50,116 bases of DNA from Vampirovibrionales bacterium. GTDB taxonomy: Bacteria > Cyanobacteriota > Vampirovibrionia > Vampirovibrionales > JAJTHC01. Position numbers and translations under genes: made by a program. The notes below the pieces were generated by a model. It saw only the letters and a program-made list of their open reading frames with translations, did not search any database and was not told the DNA's origin. The DNA lies in the NCBI GenBank assembly GCA_044347425.1, contig JBIKUS010000002.1, positions 1 to 50,116 on the forward strand, written 5' to 3'. Within the stretch, counting starts at the first letter, position 1, and each line of letters starts with the position of its first letter. Shown in pieces: positions 9,003 to 17,650 of the stretch.

Positions 9003-9458
9003 ATGGCTGGGTTTAAATACCGCTTGCAAAAAGTGTACGATATGCGCCTGCGTAAGAAAAAAGAGCAGGAACAGGTGGTGATTGAGGCGCAAGGCAAGGT
9101 GCGCAAAGCCATTGCCAACGTCGAGGCTATCCGTAGCGAAAGCTACCAAATGCAGGCGCAAATGCACCAAGCCGAACCCATGATGATGCAGGTGTACGAC
9201 CGCTACATACATAAACTTAAAGGGGATGAAAAAAAGGCTCAAGAAAAAGTGAAGGAGGCCGAAAAGAACCTTAAGGAGCAGGAAGACAAGCTAAAGGAAC
9301 TGCACCAAGCCCTTGAAGCCCTTGAAAAACACAAGGATAACCAAAAAGAGTTATGGAAGGCCGAAGAAAAAGCCATTGAGATGAAACAACTAGACGAAGT
9401 AGCAGGCCAACGCTACTTTAGGCAACAGGCCGCCAAAGCCGCCGACAACGACGACTAA
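9003..9458 (+). CDS. fliJ: flagellar export protein FliJ-like
   Basis: GGAGG lies 6 nt upstream. 151-aa coiled-coil protein beginning FKYRLQKVYDMR and ending ...IEMKQLDEVA..., the pattern I recall for FliJ (for example in Bacillus). Confidence 0.65.
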   Translation: MAGFKYRLQKVYDMRLRKKKEQEQVVIEAQGKVRKAIANVEAIRSESYQMQAQMHQAEPMMMQVYDRYIHKLKGDEKKAQEKVKEAEKNLKEQEDKLKELHQALEALEKHKDNQKELWKAEEKAIEMKQLDEVAGQRYFRQQAAKAADNDD

Positions 9459-9492
9459 CCCATTCTTTAGGATAGATGAGTTTAACCCTACC

Positions 9493-10404
9493 ATGCTTAA
9501 CGCCAAGCCAGTTTCTGCTGTGGCCACGCCACCCGCTACAACGCCCACACACGGGGTTGTGTTAGGTGGAGCGGCCCAGCTCAGCCAAACCTCTGCCAGC
9601 CGAGGAGCGGGCGACAACACAGCTACCGTGCGTAGCTTTATGGCTTGGTTAGGCGAAGTTCAGCCCGAAACCGTGGCCGAAGCACCCATCACCACCAACC
9701 AAGGCCTCACCCATCAGCAAGACTTGGCCGCCCTGTTATTGCAAGACGAACAACGACACCAAGCGCAACGCCTTGCTAAAAATAATGCCAACCAAGCTAC
9801 CGACCTCAACACCATCTCTACCCTAAGCGATAACAGCACTGACGATGATACCACCGACGCATCCGACGCATCGTCCGCTAGCAAAAGTAAACCCACCACC
9901 CACACCGCCGACAGTGTTAAAGAGGCGACCTCCTCACTCACACCCGACGCTACAGCCTGGCTGGCTGCCATCAGTAACCGTCCCGCTCACCAAGCCGAGG
10001 CTTTGCCTGGCTTTACCCTGCAACAAGCCCTAGGTACAGACGCTCTCAGCCTTGCCGAAAGTATTGACGGCGGATCGTCATTAGCGGGGCAAAAACTACT
10101 CAGCGCACAGCTTGAACGCTGGTTGAATGGTAGCCTTCATACGGGCGCACCTGTCCGCATCCACATCGATAAGACGATGTCTCTGGTACTTAGGCTCAAG
10201 CAAGGGCAGGTTCATGCCGACTTCCTTCAACAGCAGGGTCAGGCCGATTCGGCCGCCAAGCTAGGGCAACTACAAACCCAGCTAGACGAGTTGAAACAGC
10301 GCCTTGCCAACCAACGCCTGCCCGTGGGGCAGTTTGTGGCTAAAGGCCATAGGGGTGGCCAAGGCCAGCACCAGCCGCCTCCGCAACAACACGCCCAACA
10401 GTAA
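9493..10404 (+). CDS. possible flagellar hook-length control protein (FliK-like)
   Basis: It sits between fliJ-like and flgE/G-like genes. It is low-complexity S/T/Q/A-rich, with a C-terminal block (PVRIHIDKTMSLVLRLKQGQVHADF) resembling the FliK C-terminal domain. Confidence 0.4.
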   Translation: MLNAKPVSAVATPPATTPTHGVVLGGAAQLSQTSASRGAGDNTATVRSFMAWLGEVQPETVAEAPITTNQGLTHQQDLAALLLQDEQRHQAQRLAKNNANQATDLNTISTLSDNSTDDDTTDASDASSASKSKPTTHTADSVKEATSSLTPDATAWLAAISNRPAHQAEALPGFTLQQALGTDALSLAESIDGGSSLAGQKLLSAQLERWLNGSLHTGAPVRIHIDKTMSLVLRLKQGQVHADFLQQQGQADSAAKLGQLQTQLDELKQRLANQRLPVGQFVAKGHRGGQGQHQPPPQQHAQQ

Positions 10405-10443
10405 CTTATCACTCCTCCACCACCTTGATAGAGACGTTAGCCC

Positions 10444-11280
10444 ATGTATGACCCGTATATAACCGCACTTAATAGCCAAAAAGCCGCCCTTGCTTGGTTT
10501 GATGCTACCGCCCGTAACCTTGGCAACCTTTACACCCCAGGCTATAAAGAGGAACGTATTGGCTTTAGTGACTTTATGAACGGCGTGCAACTCAAAGAGC
10601 TAGAGCGAAACGAAGGGCAAGGCAAGTCTCACCCAGGTAAGGGCCCTACTAACCTAATGGTAGAAGGCGACGGCTACTTTGTTATCCGCAAAGACGATGG
10701 CTCGTTGCGCTATACCCGTGTGGGCGATTTTAAGTTTAACGCCAACGGCAGCCTCGAAAATGAAAGTGGCGACAAGGTGCAAGGCTACCTCATGGCCGAA
10801 GACGGCACCGTGGTGGACACGCAGGGCAGTATGCCCTCGCCAGCGGGTAACAACCCCACGCAAAGCCAAGGCGGGCCAGGCCACATACCCACCACCGAGA
10901 TTAACCTGTGGGTTGACCCCAGCAACGGTAAGTTTTTTGGTAAGTACGACGAGTACAAGGTGCGTAGCGACGGTGTCGTAGTGGGGCTAAAAGATAACGG
11001 CAAGGAATCCGTGCCGTTGTATAAAGTGGCCTTGGCCAACTTCCGCAACCCGATGGCCTTACGCATGGTTGAAGACCAAAATTTTGTGCCTAGCGAAATG
11101 AGCGGCGAGCCGATGGAAGGCACGGGCGAAGTGCGTAGCGGGCTGGTAGAGCTAAGTAACGTCAGCGTGCGTGAGCAGGTGAGTTATATTCAGCAGGCCA
11201 AGTTACAGCTAGATATTAGTGCCAAGCTGATATCAACCAATAAAACCCTGCTTGAAGAAGCCCTAAGGCTTATCCAATAG
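10444..11280 (+). CDS. flagellar hook / basal-body rod protein (FlgE/FlgF/FlgG family)
   Basis: N-terminal ...ARNLGNLYTPGYK... rod motif, DGYF...G..RYTR.G.F central motif, and the C-terminal LVELSNVSVREQVSYIQQAKLQLDISAKLIST domain. Confidence 0.7.
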   Translation: MYDPYITALNSQKAALAWFDATARNLGNLYTPGYKEERIGFSDFMNGVQLKELERNEGQGKSHPGKGPTNLMVEGDGYFVIRKDDGSLRYTRVGDFKFNANGSLENESGDKVQGYLMAEDGTVVDTQGSMPSPAGNNPTQSQGGPGHIPTTEINLWVDPSNGKFFGKYDEYKVRSDGVVVGLKDNGKESVPLYKVALANFRNPMALRMVEDQNFVPSEMSGEPMEGTGEVRSGLVELSNVSVREQVSYIQQAKLQLDISAKLISTNKTLLEEALRLIQ

Positions 11281-11282
11281 GT

Positions 11283-12797
11283 TTACTGCTTTAGTCGCAA
11301 GTTGAATTCGCCTACATTAACTAGCTTCCATTGATTACCTTCTCTGCGAACTTCTGGTAGAGCTTTTAAAGGTACATCTTTAGGGGTCATCTTTGATGTA
11401 ATGGGTTCATAAGCTGAACCATAGCCTAGAAATAATTTTACATAAGCATCAATTGAATTTGTATTAGCTAAATGCTTTTCATTAGGTGCTAAGTAATATC
11501 TTGTATTGCCGCCTTCGGTATGGGTGACTACTTTGAAAACAGAGTTACGCTGTGCATTAACGTCACCCGTGGCGAGATTTGTAAAGTTTATATCAGGGAG
11601 TTGTCTTTCAGTAGTAGCAAACAATTTTTGGTAATTATCTAGGTCTAAAGATACATAAGCGTCAGCTGGCTGCTGGACAAGACGAGACACGGTACTATGG
11701 GTCTGTAACAGAGGTTTGCTAACCCTCAATTCAGGCTCGGGTGCCTTAACTATTGATGAGCCGACTTCACCTCTTTTAACCAGTTCCCATTGATTGCCCA
11801 CCCGTTGAACCATAGGCAATTCAGAAAGTGATTCGGCATTTAATTTTTCTTTACTCGTAATACCCTGAAAAAACACTTTGTAAAACGGATCACTTCCAGT
11901 TGAGCGATAGCTAGGATTAGGGGTCAAATAATGATTGCCTCCATGTTCTACAACCTTAAACGGCATTTGACCTGAGCGATTACTCGTAGCAGCTTCATGA
12001 CTCAAAAATCGTGTGGCAGCCTTATTGCTATAAACATCCAGATAAGTAGCGTCAGATATTTTAGCGAACCCAGCAGGCGTGCCTTGCTCCATAATTGTTT
12101 TAACCAATTGAGGGGATTCCGTCATACCTGATCTAACTGTGGAAGTAGCAGGCGAGGCTTCAGTCACAGGCGGCGGAGCGACAGGAGCAGGCACCGCTTC
12201 AATCACAGGCGGAGGAGTGACAGGGGTAGGTACCGCTTCAACCACAGGCGGTGGAGTGACAGGGGCAGGCACCGCCTCAATCACAGGCGGTGGAGTGACA
12301 GGGGCAGGCACTGCTTCAATCACAGGCGATGGAGCCACTGGAGTAGGCACCGCTTCAACCACAGGCGGAGGAGTGACAGGGGTAGGTACCGCTTCAACCA
12401 TGGCGGAGTCAACTTTAGGTAGCAGCGACTCGTGCTTCTTCCGCATCAACTCAAGCACTTTCTCCACTTCGGGGTGTGTTGTATCCATCGCAAACCGATT
12501 GTGTTGAGCAAAGGGTGACGTGCCAGCCGTATCAACAAACCAAGTTGTCGGTTGATGGGTATAAGGGGCTGGATAAGTCACATGCAAGCCATGCTCAGTA
12601 GCATTTACAGTTATTTTCTTAAAAACGTCCTGCGTGGGTTGCTGAATGATGGTTGTACCCACAGAGTTTACCTCTTTAAAGGCTTTTTGAAGAATGCGGT
12701 TAGCATCTTGTGCAAAGAGCGCATCTGCAAAGGGTGCCAAAGCACCTGGTACACGTCTAACAACAGGTACTAAAGGGTTAATAGTAAAAAAGACCAT
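11283..12797 (-). CDS. hypothetical protein with a Pro-rich 13-aa tandem repeat and a duplicated C-terminal domain
   Basis: 504-aa ORF. It has 6 copies of (V/I)EAVP(T/A)PV(T/A)PPPV and two homologous ~115-aa modules ending GNQWELVKRGEVG and GNQWKLVNVGEFN. The 3' two-thirds is AT-richer. Confidence 0.65.
   Translation of the reverse strand: MVFFTINPLVPVVRRVPGALAPFADALFAQDANRILQKAFKEVNSVGTTIIQQPTQDVFKKITVNATEHGLHVTYPAPYTHQPTTWFVDTAGTSPFAQHNRFAMDTTHPEVEKVLELMRKKHESLLPKVDSAMVEAVPTPVTPPPVVEAVPTPVAPSPVIEAVPAPVTPPPVIEAVPAPVTPPPVVEAVPTPVTPPPVIEAVPAPVAPPPVTEASPATSTVRSGMTESPQLVKTIMEQGTPAGFAKISDATYLDVYSNKAATRFLSHEAATSNRSGQMPFKVVEHGGNHYLTPNPSYRSTGSDPFYKVFFQGITSKEKLNAESLSELPMVQRVGNQWELVKRGEVGSSIVKAPEPELRVSKPLLQTHSTVSRLVQQPADAYVSLDLDNYQKLFATTERQLPDINFTNLATGDVNAQRNSVFKVVTHTEGGNTRYYLAPNEKHLANTNSIDAYVKLFLGYGSAYEPITSKMTPKDVPLKALPEVRREGNQWKLVNVGEFNLRLKQ
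12164..12397. repeat. 6 x 39-bp tandem repeat (coding, Pro-rich linker)
   Basis: Units begin at 12164, 12203, 12242, 12281, 12320 and 12359, and are near-identical. Confidence 0.9.
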
Positions 12798-12863
12798 GGG
12801 GTAGGCTCCAATAAAAGGTGATAGCGTGCGGGGGAATAACTGTGCCTATAAACTTGCCTCAAG

Positions 12864-13631
12864 CTAAAAAGGTGCGCTTGCCCTGCCATAGGTCAAGTAC
12901 ACCTCGTTGCCGAGGGGGTGGCAGTGTTGTAACTGCCACGCCACACCCGCCACGGTAGAGCTTAACCCCATTGCCCCTACACCATCCCGTAACGAAGGGG
13001 TTGTGGCTCCGCCAATCAGCCACGGGGTCAGGGTCAGCAGTAAGGTGTCTAACCAGCCTGCCGTGGCAAACAGGTCCACCACTTGGCCACCACCTTCTAC
13101 CTGCACCTGTTTTACGTCCAATCCTCTTAAGCACTCGTAAATGGGAGCTAGGTAGCTTTGTGCCTGCCATTGCGCCTCGCCAACCTCCCTTGGATCATTG
13201 CCCAAAGCAGGCAGAGGCAACCAGTGCCACACTCTTGGCCAGCACTGCAACACATGGGCAGGCGGGGGTGTAGGCGAAGCTATCACCAATGGCGGCCAAT
13301 AGGCTTGCCAGCGTTGCAACACCGCCTCCTTGCCCGTCAGCTCCCAATCTCGGGTTAACACAACGTGATGCAAAGGTGTCTGCGTCTGCCACAGCGCTCC
13401 CGCTTGTTGAGCTTGCCGTTGGGCTAAGCTCCAGCGTACTTGTGGCCATGCCCGCACCGTGGCGGCTCCCATAACTAGGGCTTGGGCGTGGTTTCTCGCC
13501 TCAAATAAGCGATTCAGGTCGGCGGGTGTCCCCAGTTTCGTCCACCCCTTGTCGGCGTGGGGGGGCAGGGTCAGCTTACCATCTAACGAGGTAGCCAAGC
13601 ACGCCACGGTGGGTAGAGGTGAGCGTGTCAT
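12864..13631 (-). CDS. RibD C-terminal (DHFR-like reductase) domain protein
   Basis: LATSLDGKLT... and VEGGGQVV...DTLLLTLTPWLIGG motifs. I prefer the start at ATG 13631, which forms an ATGA overlap with the upstream stop. The longer ORF to 13733 is unlikely. Confidence 0.65.
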   Translation of the reverse strand: MTRSPLPTVACLATSLDGKLTLPPHADKGWTKLGTPADLNRLFEARNHAQALVMGAATVRAWPQVRWSLAQRQAQQAGALWQTQTPLHHVVLTRDWELTGKEAVLQRWQAYWPPLVIASPTPPPAHVLQCWPRVWHWLPLPALGNDPREVGEAQWQAQSYLAPIYECLRGLDVKQVQVEGGGQVVDLFATAGWLDTLLLTLTPWLIGGATTPSLRDGVGAMGLSSTVAGVAWQLQHCHPLGNEVYLTYGRASAPF

Positions 13632-14587
13632 AACGCCAATCGCCCCTGTACTTGTTTGAGCAAAGCCTCTTGTGCGGGTTGGCTGCCATAGCGTTGTTGG
13701 CTCACCCTGCACCATTGGTACGCCTGTTGCCACAGCCCCTTGGCAACCTCTCGCTCGCCCTGCTGATGGTAGGCATTGCCCAAAGCCAGTAGGGCTTGTG
13801 CCACGTTAAGCAAGTTAGTGGCCGTGGGGCGTTGCCTTGCTTCGGCATCCAGCTTCAGCACGTCGGCACGTAAGGCAGCAAGGTTGGTGGCAGAGGCACC
13901 CACGTCGGGTGTGTACAGCGCTTGCAACGTCGCCACATCAGCAGGCGAGAGGCTCAAACGTACCGCTCCCGTGGGGGCTTCGTCTCGTTCGGCCACCATC
14001 ACATCTAACGGGTGTGGGCTATGGCCTAACAGCCCAAGGGCGTGGCCAAGCTCGTGTAGGGCTACATTATAAAGAGCCGTGTCGTTGAGGGGTTGCTGGT
14101 TGCGGTCAGTCGTGGCCAAGCTCACTTTTACCCGTGTTAAATGTCCGTTTTTAAACCGAGGCTCTGTTAGCCCTGCCGTAAGCAAGGCTTGCGACACCTG
14201 TCCCTGTGCTTTATCGCCTTGCCTAAGCAGAGGCTTGGCCAAGAGTGGTTGCCAAGTGACGTGTAGCTTGGCTTGGGCGGGGTCGTCCACGGGTTGCACC
14301 TGCAAGGGTTGAGGCAGGGCTTGTAGCCACGCGGCAAGGGCTTGGCGCAACAACGCCTGCTGGTGGGGCGTGCCTGTAATGGCCAGCGTCAGCGGGGCGG
14401 TGCGTGGCCACGTGAGTTTTTGCCCTTGGTGTAACACCGCTTGGGTATAGGTGCGTTGCGCCAAGGGCGAGGCATCAGTCCCGCTAAAGCCAAGCAAACC
14501 CCCTACGCCTAAAACCAACATCACCCCTAACCAAGCAAAGGAGTTATGGCGTAAGAGGTTGGCTTGTAAGTGTTTGCCTGTTAGCAT
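13628..14587 (-). CDS. matrixin-like (M10/metzincin) zinc metalloprotease with N-terminal membrane anchor
   Basis: HELGHALGLLGH matches HExxHxxGxxH. It has an N-terminal TM/signal segment and a TPR-like C-terminus. Confidence 0.6.
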   Translation of the reverse strand: MLTGKHLQANLLRHNSFAWLGVMLVLGVGGLLGFSGTDASPLAQRTYTQAVLHQGQKLTWPRTAPLTLAITGTPHQQALLRQALAAWLQALPQPLQVQPVDDPAQAKLHVTWQPLLAKPLLRQGDKAQGQVSQALLTAGLTEPRFKNGHLTRVKVSLATTDRNQQPLNDTALYNVALHELGHALGLLGHSPHPLDVMVAERDEAPTGAVRLSLSPADVATLQALYTPDVGASATNLAALRADVLKLDAEARQRPTATNLLNVAQALLALGNAYHQQGEREVAKGLWQQAYQWCRVSQQRYGSQPAQEALLKQVQGRLAL

Positions 14588-14687
14588 AGTGTTCTACCTT
14601 AAAGCTAGTGTAGCATAAGGTAGAGGCAGGCTAACACTCACGCTAAGCCCGCCAGTTTTGTTATGGTCGCTTTAAACGAGATGTCGA

Positions 14688-15503
14688 GTGGATCACCAGT
14701 CGCTCTTTAACATGGTACTTGAGACTCGGCAGCAACCCGAACGGGCCGCCGACCCTAGGCTGCTGCAAGTTGAAACACCCCTTGTCACCGTTGACATTGT
14801 GGTGTTTACCATTGTAGAAAAAAGCCTCAACGTGCTGCTGGTACAACGGCAAAGCCAGCCCTACCAAGGCTATTGGTCCATTCCTGGTGGTTTTATTTAC
14901 GCTGGCGAAACCCTTGAAGAGTCGGCCGCTCGCTGGTTGCGAGAGCGTACCTCAGTGGATAATATCTACCTAGAGCAGCTTTACGCCTTTGGTCAACCCG
15001 AACGTGACCCTCGGGCTAGGGTTATTACGGTGGCCTACTATGCCTTGATTAACAGTGAAAAACTCAAGCCAGTGGCCGAGCAAGCGGGTGGCTCTCCCTC
15101 GCAGTGGTTTGACCTTGGCCAACTACCCGATTTGGCCTTTGACCACCAAGTGATTGTAGAGCGTGCCGTGCGTCGGCTAAAACAACAGCTTAAAACCACG
15201 GGTATTGCCTTTCAGTTGCTTCCGCAAAAGTTTACCCTTACAGAGCTGCAACGAGTGTACGAACTCATCCTCAACCGTCCGCTAGACAAGCGCAACTTTA
15301 GAAAAAAGATGCTGGCCAGTCGTATCTTAACCGAGATTGACGAAACTAAGATGGAAGGTTACCATCGCCCTGCCCAGTTGTACGTGTTTAAGCAACACCC
15401 CACCCCCACGGCTGGCTATGATGCCGATACTGATGACGACGACGAGGACGATGCCCTACACGATGCCGAAGCCTTGTTTAAACGCCCTTCGGCGGGGTTG
15501 TAA
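14688..15503 (+). CDS. Nudix-domain protein with C-terminal winged-helix (NrtR-like regulator)
   Basis: The Nudix box is degenerate (GGFIYAGETLEESAARWLRERTSV). The C-terminal FTLTELQRVYELILNRPLDKRNFRKK is typical of NrtR-type wHTH. GTG start at 14688, alternative ATG at 14712. Confidence 0.55.
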   Translation: MDHQSLFNMVLETRQQPERAADPRLLQVETPLVTVDIVVFTIVEKSLNVLLVQRQSQPYQGYWSIPGGFIYAGETLEESAARWLRERTSVDNIYLEQLYAFGQPERDPRARVITVAYYALINSEKLKPVAEQAGGSPSQWFDLGQLPDLAFDHQVIVERAVRRLKQQLKTTGIAFQLLPQKFTLTELQRVYELILNRPLDKRNFRKKMLASRILTEIDETKMEGYHRPAQLYVFKQHPTPTAGYDADTDDDDEDDALHDAEALFKRPSAGL

Positions 15504-15526
15504 GAGAGACAAAGGAGACACCGCTT

Positions 15527-16285
15527 ATGGGACGCTGGATGGCCATTAAAAACCGCAAAGCCTCGGCTGATGCCCGTAAAGGGGTTAACCTTGCTCGCCT
15601 TTCGCGCGAGGTGTTACGCTCTGCTCAACTAGGTGGAGGCGACCCGACCACCAACTACAGGCTACGCACCGCCATTGAAAAAGCCAAAATAGGTGGGCTA
15701 ACCTCGGTTAAAATTGAACACGCCATTGCCAAAGGCAGTGGCACCCTGCAAGCAGAACAACTCGAAGCCATTACCTACGAAGGCTACGGCCCAGGGGGCG
15801 TGGCTGTGTTTGTAGAAGCCACAACTGACAACCGTAACCGCACAGCTGGCGATGTACGTAGCTACTTTAACAAAAGCGGGGGTAGCCTTGGCCAAGATGG
15901 TAGCGTAGGTTTTTTGTTTGAAGCTAAGGGGCGCATCTGGCTACCGCAAGAGAGCATCAGCTACGACGACCTGTTTGCCCTAGCTGCTGACGCTGGAGCT
16001 GATGACGTGGAAGCCCTGCCCGACGACGAAGCCCTAGACGATGAAGGCAACCAGCTCGCCCCGCAATGGGTTTGCCTTACTGCGCCTGATGACGTATTTA
16101 CCGTGGCCGAAGCCCTGCACGTGGCTGCTCCCAAGCTGGCCTTTACCACGGTAGAGCAAGTACGTCTGCCTCAAACCACCGTTACCATTACAGACGAAGC
16201 CCTGATAAAACCCCTCGAAAAGCTCCTCTTCTCGCTTGATGAGCATGACGACGTGAACGCCGTGTACCACAACGCCATTTTTTAG
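15527..16285 (+). CDS. YebC/PmpR family DNA-binding regulator
   Basis: RKASADARKG...YEGYGPGGVAV.VEATTDNRNRTAGDVR motifs. Confidence 0.85.
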   Translation: MGRWMAIKNRKASADARKGVNLARLSREVLRSAQLGGGDPTTNYRLRTAIEKAKIGGLTSVKIEHAIAKGSGTLQAEQLEAITYEGYGPGGVAVFVEATTDNRNRTAGDVRSYFNKSGGSLGQDGSVGFLFEAKGRIWLPQESISYDDLFALAADAGADDVEALPDDEALDDEGNQLAPQWVCLTAPDDVFTVAEALHVAAPKLAFTTVEQVRLPQTTVTITDEALIKPLEKLLFSLDEHDDVNAVYHNAIF

Positions 16286-16349
16286 GGATAACCCACCCAA
16301 TGTGCTATAGTGACTTGGTGGCTACTAAAAAACTTAAGGAGTTACTAAC

Positions 16350-16832
16350 ATGCTAAGTGTCGTTTTATGGTGTTTGCTTGGCGTTATAGCCTATTTATTA
16401 GTAGGCTTTGGAGGCAACTTGCTTACCATGCCTAACCTTGCGCCTTGGTATGCCACTATCGTTAAGCCTCCGCTAAATCCACCTAACTGGGTATTTGGCC
16501 CCGCGTGGACGACGCTCTACATCCTGCTTGGTGTCTCGTTAGGCTTGGTGATTGCTCGGGGTAAGGCGTGGGTGGCACCGTCTCGGGGCGATTTAATCAC
16601 CGCTCACCTATGGACGGCTGCCCTTAACTTACTGTGGAGCTTGATGTTTTTTGGTTTGCATCAGCTTTGGCTTGCTGTAGTCGTCATCGTGTTATTGGTA
16701 TGGTTGGGCTACGCTACCTTGGTAGCCACCTTGCGCCACCACAAGTTAGCAGGTTGGTTACTGCTACCCTACTTAGCGTGGGTGAGTTTTGCTACCTACC
16801 TGAACGTGGCCATTGCCTTCCTTAATACTTAA
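16350..16832 (+). CDS. tspO: TspO/MBR tryptophan-rich sensory protein
   Basis: 160 aa, 5 TM segments. WYATIVKPPLNPPNWVFGPAWTTLY signature. Confidence 0.85.
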   Translation: MLSVVLWCLLGVIAYLLVGFGGNLLTMPNLAPWYATIVKPPLNPPNWVFGPAWTTLYILLGVSLGLVIARGKAWVAPSRGDLITAHLWTAALNLLWSLMFFGLHQLWLAVVVIVLLVWLGYATLVATLRHHKLAGWLLLPYLAWVSFATYLNVAIAFLNT

Positions 16833-16929
16833 GCAAGAGCTTATACTTTCAACTCATCAGCCTAAACAAGGTGAAGCATCTCTCAATGGGCTTATTTGGT
16901 ATGCCCTTAAGGTGATGTGTTTAAAACGT

Positions 16930-16991
16930 GTCTTATCAACAAGCATTACCTTCGCTTCTAGCGCAGTTGTTAAGACTGTTTCTTTTTAAAC
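16930..16991 (+). terminator. possible terminator after tspO
   Basis: Imperfect hairpin GTCTTA..AACAA / TTGTTAAGAC followed by TGTTTCTTTTT, in a 281-bp AT-rich convergent spacer. Confidence 0.35.
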
Positions 16992-17113
16992 CACTTTCAA
17001 CATAATATATATTATCAGACGTTAACTATCAACAAAATAAGCTTTTACTCATGCCTTAAAGGATGCATTATCTTCTTGTTTGCGCTTAGGGCATAGCTTA
17101 TAGCTTTATAAGG

Positions 17114-17647
17114 CTACTCAAGCACGAGCAACGGCTTAAATCGTGCCAGCTTTTTAGAGCCAATGCCCTTCACCTCATCCAACTCATCTAGCGTAGTAAA
17201 ACGTCCACCATGTTGGGTTCGGTAGGCCACAATCCGATGAGCCAACACAGGCCCCACCCCAGGCAATGCCTCTAGCGTTTCTGCTGATGCAGTATTCAGA
17301 TGAAGTGGGAAAGCGACCTTGGCTTTAGGAGGCTTGAAGGTTCGCTGATCTGGGGTCGGCACCACGAAAGCCAAAGCAGCAGGCTCAACCGTTACAGGGG
17401 CTGGCGGCAACGGTACCTGCCGAGCTTGAGCCAACACCTGGGCTGAAAACTGAGGCGGCGGTTGCCCTAACTGCCTCGCCATGGCCTGTGTTAATACAGG
17501 CAAGCTACCACTAGGTGAGGTGGACACAGTTACTTGAGGCCACAACGCCAATATAGCAGGCGAAACCAACAGTAATAAAGCACCTAACAAGGCTACTTCG
17601 GCCAGTAATGTCAGTAAAAACCGCCTAGTCGTCATTGCCAAGCACAA
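17114..17647 (-). CDS. comEA: ComEA-family helix-hairpin-helix DNA-binding protein
   Basis: N-terminal TM segment. C-terminal LNTASAETLEALPGVGPVLAHRIVAYR...GRFTTLDELDEVKGIGSKK. Confidence 0.75.
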   Translation of the reverse strand: MCLAMTTRRFLLTLLAEVALLGALLLLVSPAILALWPQVTVSTSPSGSLPVLTQAMARQLGQPPPQFSAQVLAQARQVPLPPAPVTVEPAALAFVVPTPDQRTFKPPKAKVAFPLHLNTASAETLEALPGVGPVLAHRIVAYRTQHGGRFTTLDELDEVKGIGSKKLARFKPLLVLE

Positions 17648-17650
17648 CGC

